Position numbers and translations under genes: made by a program
IMG/VR virus record: IMGVR_UViG_3300031974_003701
Location: 2,585-66,584 of that record
Reading direction: 5' to 3' (one strand)
Source: a virus
Length of the DNA stretch: 64,000 nucleotides
The notes under the pieces: generated by a model
Seen by the model: only the letters and a program-made list of their open reading frames with translations
Database searches by the model: none
What the model was told of the DNA's origin: nothing
In this document: in pieces, positions 27,933 to 37,017 of the stretch
How positions within the stretch are numbered: position 1 is the first letter of the stretch
Layout: each line of letters starts with the position of its first letter

Positions 27933-28421
27933 TTATTCATTTTCTAGACCCAGTAACATTAAATTAAGATGATTAGATACTTCATATAAATCATTAGTTT
28001 GTAATAGCAATTCATTTTCAGTAGCTAAAGTATATTTATATAATTCAATATTATTGTTAAGCTTAACTAATATTTTAGTTTCACTTTGCAGTAAAAATAC
28101 ACCAACATCTTTAGCTAACTCAATACATTTATTAAGTAATATATCTTCTTGGCTTAAATTAGTAGTATATTGTGTATGTGCTAGTTGAGCGTAATGAGCA
28201 ATTTTAAGAATATCTCTTTCTTGTTCTATATTACCTCTAGCTGATGAACCAAAACGATCACAATATCTTTTAATTTGTTCGATACAATATTCTGCCCCAT
28301 TTTTAGTAACTAAATCATCACCACTATCAATACTATTTCCGTATTGTTTTTGTACATATGTTTCAATATGTTCTTTAACTTTATTAGCAAAGTTAGTCCA
28401 ATTTTTAACTGTTTGGTTCAT
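27933..28421 (-). CDS. Hypothetical protein, DUF3310-like motif
   Basis: IKRYCDRFG...RG....DILKIAHYA resembles the KY..R.G....DL.KA..Y motif. Confidence 0.5.
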   Translation of the reverse strand: MNQTVKNWTNFANKVKEHIETYVQKQYGNSIDSGDDLVTKNGAEYCIEQIKRYCDRFGSSARGNIEQERDILKIAHYAQLAHTQYTTNLSQEDILLNKCIELAKDVGVFLLQSETKILVKLNNNIELYKYTLATENELLLQTNDLYEVSNHLNLMLLGLENE

Positions 28422-28454
28422 TTAGGATTCCTTTCTATATTTGAAGTACATTTT

Positions 28455-28847
28455 TCAAATGGGTTCAGCATATTGTAAATTCTTCATTGGATTATTTAAA
28501 TTTTTTTGAGTAGGTGTGTGTGAAAATCTACTTGAAGAAGAACTTTCAAATTCTACTGTTTTGATAGGCGATGTAATAAAATCATCTACATTATCATAAA
28601 AGAAACCTTTTTTTATTTTATCTTCCATTTCTTTTATTTTATTATACACTCTTTTTTGAGTGATTCTATAATCACTGTCAGTACAGCTATCAATTTTATA
28701 CCAATGATCGTTAGGTGTTTTTTCAAATAGATCACAACTTATTTGTTTTTTTATAAATTTACTTTTGTCAAAATCATAAAAATATTTTGTTCCATCATGT
28801 AATGTTACAATAAGTTTTAAGCCATAAGATATAAAATGAGTATCCAT
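28455..28847 (-). CDS. Hypothetical protein
   Basis: 130-aa ORF with SD AAGG. Confidence 0.6.
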   Translation of the reverse strand: MDTHFISYGLKLIVTLHDGTKYFYDFDKSKFIKKQISCDLFEKTPNDHWYKIDSCTDSDYRITQKRVYNKIKEMEDKIKKGFFYDNVDDFITSPIKTVEFESSSSSRFSHTPTQKNLNNPMKNLQYAEPI

Positions 28848-28959
28848 GTTTACCTTTCTTTTAATATTTTGTTTTATGGTGCCAATGACTTACCAATATT
28901 AACTATTACTAGAAAAATAAGTAATGCGTGTATAGTGTACATAAAATCTCTCATATTTT

Positions 28960-29205
28960 TTAAACTACCTTTAATTTCCGAATACTAGTATTTATTTGTG
29001 CTTTTGGTTCAAATTTAAAATCATTGTTATAATCATTTATAAACATTTGAGCTGCTTCTTGTTTAGAGTTAGCTTTCCTTTGTTGTTCTCCATGTACATA
29101 AGTAAAATAATCTTTAAATGATTCTTTTATAGTATTACTATCTGCGTCAGATATACCTGTAAATACAATATAATTTATAACTTCTGAAATTGAATAGTGT
29201 TTCAT
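28960..29205 (-). CDS. Hypothetical protein
   Basis: 81-aa ORF on the coding strand. Confidence 0.55.
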   Translation of the reverse strand: MKHYSISEVINYIVFTGISDADSNTIKESFKDYFTYVHGEQQRKANSKQEAAQMFINDYNNDFKFEPKAQINTSIRKLKVV

Positions 29206-29259
29206 AAAATTGACTTTATTTTTTTTAATCTATTATACACTAAATTAGGACGGATTTAA

Positions 29260-29406
29260 TCACACGATCATTTCCACTGCTTCTTCAATACAATCATCGA
29301 AACAACATTCAAACATATACAATCTGTGTAAATCAGAAGTTATATTACCGCAATAATCTAAGAATACTTGTTCACTCACAACATTGAATAAATTATGTAA
29401 ATCCAT
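29260..29406 (-). CDS. Small acidic hypothetical protein, 48 aa
   Basis: SD GGAG upstream; MDLHNLFNVVSEQVFLDYCGNITSDLHRLYMFECCFDDCIEEAVEMIV*. Confidence 0.45.
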   Translation of the reverse strand: MDLHNLFNVVSEQVFLDYCGNITSDLHRLYMFECCFDDCIEEAVEMIV

Positions 29407-29504
29407 CAATCCAACTCCACACCAAACATGTTAAAATCCTCTTCAGAGAAATATCCTGATACACCAAAGAGCACATAAAAATATACAGGTCTTATACAAT
29501 CAAA

Positions 29505-29765
29505 TTACATAGGCGTCACATCCCACAACACATCAGGAATAATATGATCTCCTGAGATACACATAATCACGTTGCTATTGCTGTATAAATCAACGACAAC
29601 GTTTTTGTGGCTTTTTTTGGTGTGTACATACCTCTTTCTTATTTCTTGCTCTGCTTGTTGCTTTATCCAAGCACGTTGGCGTTGTCGCTCAAAAAAATCA
29701 CTTGATGGCTTAGAATATTGTTCATATGCATTAGCATTCGCTTGGCTTTCATAATTATTCATCAC
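29505..29765 (-). CDS. Hypothetical protein
   Basis: 86-aa ORF with SD GGAGGG and GTGA overlap. Confidence 0.6.
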   Translation of the reverse strand: MMNNYESQANANAYEQYSKPSSDFFERQRQRAWIKQQAEQEIRKRYVHTKKSHKNVVVDLYSNSNVIMCISGDHIIPDVLWDVTPM

Positions 29766-29992
29766 ACCCTCCCTAGCGCACGTTTCATTTCTGATATGTT
29801 TGTAAATCTTGTCTGCGGTGATCTTTTTTCCACTCCACTAGACGGACACTCATAATCAAAGCTACCATCATTATAAACCTGATCTACAACAATAAGCGTT
29901 GCTGTGCAGAAATGCGGTCTTTCAATTTCCCTATTTTCTATAACTATATCCCCTATGCGCCACTCACCTGCAATATTTGTTTGATGCTTCAT
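29762..29992 (-). CDS. Hypothetical protein
   Basis: 76-aa ORF with a purine-rich SD. Confidence 0.6.
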   Translation of the reverse strand: MKHQTNIAGEWRIGDIVIENREIERPHFCTATLIVVDQVYNDGSFDYECPSSGVEKRSPQTRFTNISEMKRALGRV

Positions 29993-30039
29993 ACCTTACC
30001 CTTCCTAATTTTCTTTGCTAACTTCCTTAAAGCAGGTCA

Positions 30040-30240
30040 TTATTCTATCTCATACTCTTCTTGCCATAATGACATAGAAACATATTTAGGAGGCTTTCCC
30101 GTCAATATACAAGGTGCATTTTCATACCTCATTCTCTCATAAATAATAGATGCGTTAAGCCTATCGTAAGAAGAAAAAACAATGCGCTCTTCCTCATTTT
30201 TTCTTTGAGTTTTTACAACCCATTTTTTAATGAATTTCAT
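30040..30240 (-). CDS. Hypothetical protein
   Basis: 66-aa ORF with ATGA coupling. Confidence 0.55.
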   Translation of the reverse strand: MKFIKKWVVKTQRKNEEERIVFSSYDRLNASIIYERMRYENAPCILTGKPPKYVSMSLWQEEYEIE

Positions 30241-30542
30241 AAATTTTTATACCAATTATTATATTTATACCTTAATTCACGAATAACTAAATTATCTCGA
30301 TTATTAAATTTAGTTGTTCTTTTAACCCTATCTTCATATTTTTCAGTGGATAAACTATTAAACATATCTTTAAAATTAGTTTGAGTAATAACTCTGTATA
30401 AAGTTGGTCTGCTAATATTAAAGATATATATAAAACTATTTGTCGATAAATCAGGATAATGAAACATTAAATCTAATAATTCCAATTTTAGTAGTGTTTG
30501 TTTTTGGATAGCATGTTTACTTGTTATTTTAGAATAAGGCAT
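30237..30542 (-). CDS. Hypothetical protein with possible HTH
   Basis: FNISRPTLYRVI resembles a resolvase-type HTH recognition helix. Confidence 0.55.
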   Translation of the reverse strand: MPYSKITSKHAIQKQTLLKLELLDLMFHYPDLSTNSFIYIFNISRPTLYRVITQTNFKDMFNSLSTEKYEDRVKRTTKFNNRDNLVIRELRYKYNNWYKNL

Positions 30543-30547
30543 GTTAC

Positions 30548-31081
30548 TTACTTACTTAATTTATTTAGTTTTCTAAGAATATGTCTTTTAGTTCTTCCTG
30601 AAAGTGGATTATATTTCATTATTTTAATATCTTCTAATTTTTCATTTAGATATTTAATTGCAAAATTATTTCCAGTATCTTCTATGGTTCTAATATTTGA
30701 TAAAATATCTGCACATTTAATAAAATGTACATATACATTCTTGGTTCTTAAATACTCTCTATCAATTTGTTTTCTTTTTTTACGATTACCATCAGATAAT
30801 TTAGATACTTTAGTTAAACCATCTACTAAATAAGTTATGTTTGGGTTAAAGTTATTAAATATACTTGCATGAGTAACTTTTTCACAATCTTCTATAGTAT
30901 CATGTAATATAGCAGCAGACATTATTTCTTCTAATGTATAATGTGGATCTGTGAATTTATGGTAATGTTCTTCTACAGTACACATAACTTCCATAGGATG
31001 TACGATATAAGGTAGATTTGAATTAAATCTTTTTTGATCTTTATGTGCATTATAAGCAAATTTTATTGCATCAAGTAACAT
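30548..31081 (-). CDS. Stand-alone RelA/SpoT-type HD hydrolase (small alarmone hydrolase/Mesh1-like)
   Basis: A..FA..AH..Q.R....PYIVHP.EV, AAILHDTIED, LVDGLTK, IKCADILSN. Confidence 0.88.
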   Translation of the reverse strand: MLLDAIKFAYNAHKDQKRFNSNLPYIVHPMEVMCTVEEHYHKFTDPHYTLEEIMSAAILHDTIEDCEKVTHASIFNNFNPNITYLVDGLTKVSKLSDGNRKKRKQIDREYLRTKNVYVHFIKCADILSNIRTIEDTGNNFAIKYLNEKLEDIKIMKYNPLSGRTKRHILRKLNKLSK

Positions 31082-31085
31082 TAAT

Positions 31086-31538
31086 TCACCTATTTAATTT
31101 CAAATACATGATAGCTAAAGCATCTGCTTCATTATCATCTGTTGGATTATGTCCCTTAGACTTAGTATAATCTATCATAGCTTGTTTTCCTGCATTACCT
31201 TTACCAGTAGCATATTTTTTAATAGTACCTACTGCAATACCCTCATAAGGTATTTTATGTAACTCAGCAAAAGAAGTAAGATGTGACCAAAAACCACCAT
31301 ATGTATGTGCAGCAGTAGTTCCTACATGTCTTCTAACTTCTTCATAGTATATTTCATTAATAGGTTGTAGTTGGTTTAATTCTTCTAACCATTTAGTAAA
31401 TCTTAGAAATCTCATACCACCACCACTAAATCTATCTGATTTAAATGAAATTGAACCAGATGTAATTAAGTCAGTTGAACTATTATACATAGCCCAACCA
31501 GTTGTGGTACCTAAATCTAATGTAAGAATATTATTCAT
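31086..31538 (-). CDS. RuvC-like Holliday junction resolvase
   Basis: ILTLDLGTTTGWA, YEEVRRH, TIKKYATGKGNAGK, DDNEADALA. Confidence 0.85.
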   Translation of the reverse strand: MNNILTLDLGTTTGWAMYNSSTDLITSGSISFKSDRFSGGGMRFLRFTKWLEELNQLQPINEIYYEEVRRHVGTTAAHTYGGFWSHLTSFAELHKIPYEGIAVGTIKKYATGKGNAGKQAMIDYTKSKGHNPTDDNEADALAIMYLKLNR

Positions 31539-31752
31539 CTTCTACAAAACTTCCTTTGACTACACGAATTACTGAATTTGCATTAAGTATTTTAGAGTAA
31601 ACCGTACCGTGATTTAAATTAATATACGGAAGATTTTTAGATGCTGTTTTAAGTATAAGATCACCATCTTTATCTAACCAAGTGTCACCTACTTCCATAT
31701 CTTCAAATTTTAATTCTTTATCAACAGTAACAGATTTAAGTTTAATTTTCAT
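31531..31752 (-). CDS. Hypothetical protein
   Basis: 73-aa ORF with SD AAGG. Confidence 0.6.
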   Translation of the reverse strand: MKIKLKSVTVDKELKFEDMEVGDTWLDKDGDLILKTASKNLPYINLNHGTVYSKILNANSVIRVVKGSFVEDE

Positions 31753-31755
31753 AGT

Positions 31756-31896
31756 TTACCTTCTTCTGTAATCTCTAGTAATTTTTTTAGACGTAGAATG
31801 TACTCTATTTACTCTACGTCTACTTAATGTTTTAGCGTCAACATTATCATATGATAATGTTAAATAAGTTAATGTTAATGTAATGAATGTAATCAT
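31756..31896 (-). CDS. Small hypothetical protein, 46 aa, hydrophobic N-terminus and basic tail
   Basis: MITFITLTLTYLTLSYDNVDAKTLSRRRVNRVHSTSKKITRDYRRR*; ATGA coupling. Confidence 0.4.
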   Translation of the reverse strand: MITFITLTLTYLTLSYDNVDAKTLSRRRVNRVHSTSKKITRDYRRR

Positions 31897-32010
31897 AATA
31901 TTGAGCCATATAATTGATGCTGAAATTCATTATATAAAGCCATTTGTTCATGCTCTGTGATATGTTTCTCTCTATAACATTCTTTATAGAGAGTATCATT
32001 TACAATAGTA

Positions 32011-32307
32011 TCAGCTTGTTTTTTCTTCTGTTGGTTCAATATATTCAACTTCTGTTGAATTTTCTTCTTCACTTTGTTGTAATTTTGCATATTCTTCCTT
32101 TTCATCTTCAATGACATTAATCATTAGATTCAGAAACTCATAAAAATCCTTATTTTTACCTGATTTTTCTTTAAATGCGTTATAAGCATGAAATAATGCT
32201 ACAGAACTATTTTCATGGTTATCGCCCAAATAAACATTCCATTGTTGTGTTTTTGTATCGAAGTTAACAATAAGTAAGTTAGCAATATGTTTATTATCTT
32301 CTGACAT
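32011..32307 (-). CDS. Hypothetical acidic protein
   Basis: 98-aa ORF with TAATG coupling. Confidence 0.6.
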   Translation of the reverse strand: MSEDNKHIANLLIVNFDTKTQQWNVYLGDNHENSSVALFHAYNAFKEKSGKNKDFYEFLNLMINVIEDEKEEYAKLQQSEEENSTEVEYIEPTEEKTS

Positions 32308-32579
32308 TATAAAGTTTCTTTCTTAATTAAATTTATTACATTGTCTGTTTTTTTGATTGGTATTCTAAATACTAGAGTGTTTTTACCCTCACATACAATA
32401 CATTTAGTATAAAAAATACTATAATTCTTCCCCATTCTCTTACATTGCTGAATTATATTAAGAGCTATAGGATCAATTTTCTGCAATTCACTGATTGTAG
32501 CATTAACTACGCTTTTACAAAAAGAACACTTACCTTCAATTTTAGTATTTGGTTTATAATTATTTTCAACTATCTCCAT
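32307..32579 (-). CDS. Hypothetical Zn-ribbon protein
   Basis: CSFC...CIVC pairs. Confidence 0.6.
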   Translation of the reverse strand: MEIVENNYKPNTKIEGKCSFCKSVVNATISELQKIDPIALNIIQQCKRMGKNYSIFYTKCIVCEGKNTLVFRIPIKKTDNVINLIKKETL

Positions 32580-32760
32580 TGATAATAAAATCCTTGATAT
32601 ATCTATTATAGAATGTTTCTAACTCTTCTTTAGAGTCAAAATGAAATGATTCAAACCTGTATTGTGTACATTGAAAGTCCATAGTATTTGATGGAGTAAT
32701 TTCAATAGATAGTACTGTTTCTAAGTTTACTATTGTATTTTTATGTTTGATTAATTGCAT
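32566..32760 (-). CDS. Hypothetical protein
   Basis: 64-aa ORF with SD AAGGA. Confidence 0.6.
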   Translation of the reverse strand: MQLIKHKNTIVNLETVLSIEITPSNTMDFQCTQYRFESFHFDSKEELETFYNRYIKDFIINGDS

Positions 32761-32774
32761 TTGTTATTCCTTAC

Positions 32775-32802
32775 AAAAAATAAGCTACTCTTATGAGTAG
32801 CT
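32775..32802 (-). terminator. Intrinsic terminator after RNAP2
   Basis: AGCTACTC/GAGTAGCT stem with a U-run on the - strand. Confidence 0.65.
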
Positions 32803-32810
32803 ATTGTTAA

Positions 32811-33998
32811 TTATGATAGTGTATAATTAGAACTAAGTATATAATTACTTATAGACTTAGTTTTAGTTAGTTGTGTAGTTTTACCTGTAATTTGTGTAAA
32901 TAAATGATCTAGTAAAGTAGATTCACTTAATTTAGCTAACATTAGAGTGTATAGTCTACGCACATCATTACAATATTTAGGTAAACAGCCAAAACTGTCA
33001 TGTACTGTAATTAATTCAAATGGTTTATTACCAAATGTAAGCATTTCTTTAGCTAATACAGAACAATCTATGTTACCTATATTATATTCATCAAGATAAT
33101 CCATAATACGTACTGAAAGTATATTAGTTTTCTTATATAAATCCCATAAACGTAATACTTGTTTATCTTCTGGTCTATGTTTAGAGCATTTACCAAACTG
33201 AAAGATTTCAGTAATATATTTATACTGATCTGGGTTAAAATTAGCTCTACGGTTAATTTCACGTACAATAAAAGCATCTATAGCGTGAATTGTATTTGCA
33301 GATAAAGATACAGATTTATCTTTGGGTGCTACAACAGTTTTAGTTAAATATCTTTCAACATCATTAAGTGTATAAGGTATTTTAACTTTCTGTTCTACAG
33401 GTAATACAGCATTAAATCCATCTGGCATAGTCATTTCGAAATGAGTAGCTTCACTATTCCAAGATTTTTGTAATGCTAAATTAAGCATGAATGGTCCATT
33501 ACATTCTTTGAATAAAGTTTCATAGAATTTTGTATGTAATTCACCTTCTCCTAATAGCTTTTTAGGCTCTTCTAGTGAACCGTAAAATGCAGTCATAATA
33601 GCTTGTTTTACGTCTGCATATTCTTTTTTATTATCTGGGTCAATCTTATTATACAATGATTTATAAGCATTAGCTCTATTATCTGGGTTATTTAATCCAC
33701 ATAATGTAGCTGATGTTAAATCATTAGTAAGTGCTGACATAATCTGTAAACCTGATGCACATGCATCTAGTCTTATTACATGTCCAGACGGTTTATTATT
33801 TTGATAGTCATTATATGCACAAATACCAGAATAATATAATGCAGGTTCTTCTGCTTGATCGTATAAATCAAATAATTGATGTTTGTTTTTATTAAACCAA
33901 GCAATTCTGTCTTCAAATACAGATTTTTCTAATTTACTAGAGAAATTGTTAGCAATATCTATTGCTAGATATTCTAAAGGAGTGTACTCTTTAAACAT
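32811..33998 (-). CDS. RNA polymerase II, subunit 2 (N4 gp16-like)
   Basis: EYLAIDIAN, motif A LDACASGLQ, motif B KQAIMTAFYGS, ANTIHAIDA, motif C TVHDSF; start placed at MFKEYT. Confidence 0.93.
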   Translation of the reverse strand: MFKEYTPLEYLAIDIANNFSSKLEKSVFEDRIAWFNKNKHQLFDLYDQAEEPALYYSGICAYNDYQNNKPSGHVIRLDACASGLQIMSALTNDLTSATLCGLNNPDNRANAYKSLYNKIDPDNKKEYADVKQAIMTAFYGSLEEPKKLLGEGELHTKFYETLFKECNGPFMLNLALQKSWNSEATHFEMTMPDGFNAVLPVEQKVKIPYTLNDVERYLTKTVVAPKDKSVSLSANTIHAIDAFIVREINRRANFNPDQYKYITEIFQFGKCSKHRPEDKQVLRLWDLYKKTNILSVRIMDYLDEYNIGNIDCSVLAKEMLTFGNKPFELITVHDSFGCLPKYCNDVRRLYTLMLAKLSESTLLDHLFTQITGKTTQLTKTKSISNYILSSNYTLS

Positions 33999-34074
33999 TA
34001 TTTTTATCCTTTTTAGAAATAATGGCATTGTTTACCTTTGAACACTACATACATTTAGTATGTAGTGTTTTTAA

Positions 34075-34650
34075 TTATTTAATCTTAACAATATTATTTT
34101 TGTTACGTTTAATTTTAGAATGAGTGTTATATGGTCTAATAGTAACTTGTGTTTCTGTAGATGAGACTATAATTCCTTTACCTAAAGATGATTTATATTT
34201 ACCATTTTCCGAGTCAACATAAGATACTAAATCACCTCTATTTAATACATTATTATTATAATCTCTGTGTTTAATACCACCTGTTCTAAAATACTCTTCT
34301 GCGTATATATTTTTTCCTATGTGATTAGAGCTTATAGTTAACTGATCAATAATGCTGCTTAACTCACAAATAAACATATAAGCAAACATTGTTTTATTAT
34401 CCCAATATACATTTAATATAAATTCTTTATCTAAGTATTTATTTAAAAGATTAAGCATATTATCTAAAGTATAACTTTTAACTTTAAAATCTAAGTTTAT
34501 GTTATCTTTATCGTTATCTTTTGGTAACTTTAAAGAAGCTTTTACATCAAGAACAAAATATTTATTATCTACATTTAATGTATAAGATAGTGTTAAAAAT
34601 TCTGTTTTTGATTGATGATTTCTAACTAATAAACATTTATTTGTTGTCAT
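34075..34650 (-). CDS. Hypothetical protein
   Basis: 191-aa ORF; C-terminal D.N...L..GD.V.Y KOW/SH3-like stretch. Confidence 0.6.
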   Translation of the reverse strand: MTTNKCLLVRNHQSKTEFLTLSYTLNVDNKYFVLDVKASLKLPKDNDKDNINLDFKVKSYTLDNMLNLLNKYLDKEFILNVYWDNKTMFAYMFICELSSIIDQLTISSNHIGKNIYAEEYFRTGGIKHRDYNNNVLNRGDLVSYVDSENGKYKSSLGKGIIVSSTETQVTIRPYNTHSKIKRNKNNIVKIK

Positions 34651-34913
34651 AAATATTTTATTCCTGTAATTGGATCAGTTTTAATATATCTATTTCTTTG
34701 TTTAATTTTACAAATACCAGATTTACTAAATAAATCTGATGGTATTTTAATAGTACGTATTTTATTATTTCTTTGTACAGTTATGTGTTTATTTACATTT
34801 ATCCATGTAAAACCGTAATGATACATTTTAAATAATAAACGTCTAAGAGTAGGTTCTGTAAAATAAGAATCAGGTGAATGCCATCTACCATTTCTATATG
34901 TAAAATCAGTCAT
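34647..34913 (-). CDS. Hypothetical protein, paralog A
   Basis: 88 aa; clearly similar to the ORF at 35459-35710. Confidence 0.7.
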   Translation of the reverse strand: MTDFTYRNGRWHSPDSYFTEPTLRRLLFKMYHYGFTWINVNKHITVQRNNKIRTIKIPSDLFSKSGICKIKQRNRYIKTDPITGIKYL

Positions 34914-34920
34914 TTGTAAG

Positions 34921-35154
34921 TTAATCTTCTATTGTTATTAATTCATACTCATCTAATGAAGCTAGGTAAGTAAAACCATTGTGTAAAACAACACATTTTA
35001 CATTTATATCTTTATAATCAGCACGTAAGTTAGTAAAATCACCATTTAATAAATAATATTCAATATTATCATTAAACTTAATTCTATTTTTATAAGGAGA
35101 AGCTATCAACCATTTGATAGCTTCTTTTAAATCTGTTGTTATTTTATTTACCAT
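34921..35154 (-). CDS. Hypothetical protein
   Basis: 77-aa ORF in operon. Confidence 0.55.
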   Translation of the reverse strand: MVNKITTDLKEAIKWLIASPYKNRIKFNDNIEYYLLNGDFTNLRADYKDINVKCVVLHNGFTYLASLDEYELITIED

Positions 35155-35159
35155 TTATT

Positions 35160-35462
35160 TTATGTTTCTAAACGTATATTAAATGTTAAATCGTTAGATT
35201 TAAGTTTATTTAATAATTTGATTAATTTATCATGGAAATTATGAAGATCAGATAGTTCTTTAAACGCATGGTGTTCAATTAATATTTCTAACATATGATC
35301 TGAATTATCTAATTGGTGTAAATTTAGATTAAAGTTTATATTCCATTTTTCTTCAAATATTTCTAATTGAGTTACGTCTTTTATAATTTGTTCTAAATAA
35401 TAACTATAAGGGTATTGTTTAGAATATGTTATTGATGCGTTTGCTGATATAGTATTTATCAT
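35160..35462 (-). CDS. Hypothetical protein
   Basis: 100-aa ORF with ATGA coupling. Confidence 0.55.
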   Translation of the reverse strand: MINTISANASITYSKQYPYSYYLEQIIKDVTQLEIFEEKWNINFNLNLHQLDNSDHMLEILIEHHAFKELSDLHNFHDKLIKLLNKLKSNDLTFNIRLET

Positions 35463-35710
35463 AAGTATCTAATTCCTGTTACTGGATCGGTTTTAAGGTA
35501 TCTGTTTCTTTGTTTTATTTTACTAATATCAAAAAAATCTGATGTTATTTTGAGAGAGTAATCTCTATATTTTCTTTTAATTACAATAGTTTTTCCTATA
35601 TCTATTGGTGAAAACCCCATATGATATAATTTAAATATTAATCTTCTTAAGGTAGCTTCTTCTGTATTACCTATACAGAAGAACCATCTTCCATTTTTGT
35701 ATTCAATCGT
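35459..35710 (-). CDS. Paralog B of 34647-34913 lacking a canonical start (ACG start or start-mutated pseudogene)
   Basis: TIEYKNGRW...EATLRRLIFKLYHMGF...KIKQRNRYLKTDPVTGIRYL vs FTYRNGRW...EPTLRRLLFKMYHYGF...KIKQRNRYIKTDPITGIKYL; TAACG overlap with the upstream stop. Confidence 0.65.
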   Translation of the reverse strand, partial: TIEYKNGRWFFCIGNTEEATLRRLIFKLYHMGFSPIDIGKTIVIKRKYRDYSLKITSDFFDISKIKQRNRYLKTDPVTGIRYL

Positions 35711-36003
35711 TAATCTATATCCCTATATCTTTCATAATCTAATAATCCTTGATTTAATCCATTAAGAAATCTATTAATTTCAGCGTAAGATTTACCTACA
35801 TATAGGATTTTATAAGATGTTCTTGGTTTAATTGTATATAATACTACTTGTAAATCTTTAACATTACGTTCTATAACTAACATTAAATTACATTGTTTGT
35901 AGTATTTGTAGTTTAAGTTACTAATTATTGTACTATCTACTTTACCTTTATATGTCATATATTTACTTAATTTTCTTAATAATTTTAAGTTTAATATTAT
36001 CAA
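35710..36003 (-). CDS. Hypothetical protein
   Basis: ORF in operon; probable start MTYKGK. Confidence 0.55.
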   Translation of the reverse strand: MIILNLKLLRKLSKYMTYKGKVDSTIISNLNYKYYKQCNLMLVIERNVKDLQVVLYTIKPRTSYKILYVGKSYAEINRFLNGLNQGLLDYERYRDID

Positions 36004-36175
36004 TTAAATCTTGATAACATTGATCTATATATTCTTCATCACTATGATCTGGTACAGATGGATTTTGTTTTCTAATCCGTCCTCTATTACGTTCTTCTCT
36101 TTCTATAATTAATTCTTCAAATTTATCTAATAGATCGTTTACTTTATTTTGTTTTTTACTAATTAATTTAGTCAT
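35963..36175 (-). CDS. Hypothetical protein
   Basis: 70-aa ORF overlapping the RNAP1 stop. Confidence 0.55.
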   Translation of the reverse strand: MTKLISKKQNKVNDLLDKFEELIIEREERNRGRIRKQNPSVPDHSDEEYIDQCYQDLIDNIKLKIIKKIK

Positions 36176-36956
36176 TAATTAATTCCTTATCTGCTAATTC
36201 TACACAAGCTTTTTGATATTGATTACCCATATAATTAATATGATAGCCTACTGTATAAGTTCTACCTCTTTTATCGTATTTATGTGATAGATGAAATTTA
36301 TTGTCATGCATAAACATTGCTGTATAAATATCTTCTGCTTCCTTCATAAATTTATCTAAGTTTTTCTGCTTTTTAATTCTATTATCACTAGTTTCATTTG
36401 GTTTTTGTTTAATTGTATTTTTACATTTATTAATAACTCTGCTATTTAAACTAAATTGAATAGAATTTTGTCTATTAATATGATCTAAACAGATATCTTT
36501 ATTATGTTGATTTACTTTAGAACCAAGTACAACATGTTCATTATATGTTTCATATATGTCTTCATTATTGTTAGTTAGTTTTTCTGGTTTATTAATTAAT
36601 GGTAATGCAAATTTATAATTATGTTGTTTATTAAGAATATCTTCTGGTGCTTGTAACCTACAAAAGAATAATTCATATTCTGTGTTAAATGTAATAAGAT
36701 TTAACTCAATACATTTAAATACTTTATCAATAGTATCTTTAATTGATTCGTTATTGTTCATAATACCAATTAATGTATCTACGTCACAACAACTATGTAG
36801 TGATATAGTTACTAACAGTTTTAATACAAACTTTTTATCTAAATTATGTTTAATACAAAAACTATCTAATCCATCTTTATTAAAATAAGTGTATAATTCT
36901 TTATTTTTATGTTTATTATTAAAGAGTGTTTCTAACTCTGCTTGATCGTTGAACAT
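36168..36956 (-). CDS. RNA polymerase II, subunit 1 (N4 gp15-like)
   Basis: DICLDHINRQN, HKYDKRGRTY..GYHINYMGN.YQKA.VELADKE (DxRGR motif). Confidence 0.92.
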   Translation of the reverse strand: MFNDQAELETLFNNKHKNKELYTYFNKDGLDSFCIKHNLDKKFVLKLLVTISLHSCCDVDTLIGIMNNNESIKDTIDKVFKCIELNLITFNTEYELFFCRLQAPEDILNKQHNYKFALPLINKPEKLTNNNEDIYETYNEHVVLGSKVNQHNKDICLDHINRQNSIQFSLNSRVINKCKNTIKQKPNETSDNRIKKQKNLDKFMKEAEDIYTAMFMHDNKFHLSHKYDKRGRTYTVGYHINYMGNQYQKACVELADKELIND

Positions 36957-36979
36957 TCTTGCTTACCTTTATACAAATT

Positions 36980-37009
36980 AAAAAAAACCAATGAATTAAC
37001 ATTGGTTTT
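36980..37009 (-). terminator. Intrinsic terminator-like hairpin
   Basis: AAAACCAATG/CATTGGTTTT stem with a U-run on the - strand. Confidence 0.55.
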
Positions 37010-37017
37010 AATATTTA

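Noticed and set aside
29210-29240. Antisense sigma70-like promoter TTGACT...TATTAT
   Set aside because: Spacing to a good -10 box is off, and such hexamers are common in this AT-rich sequence.
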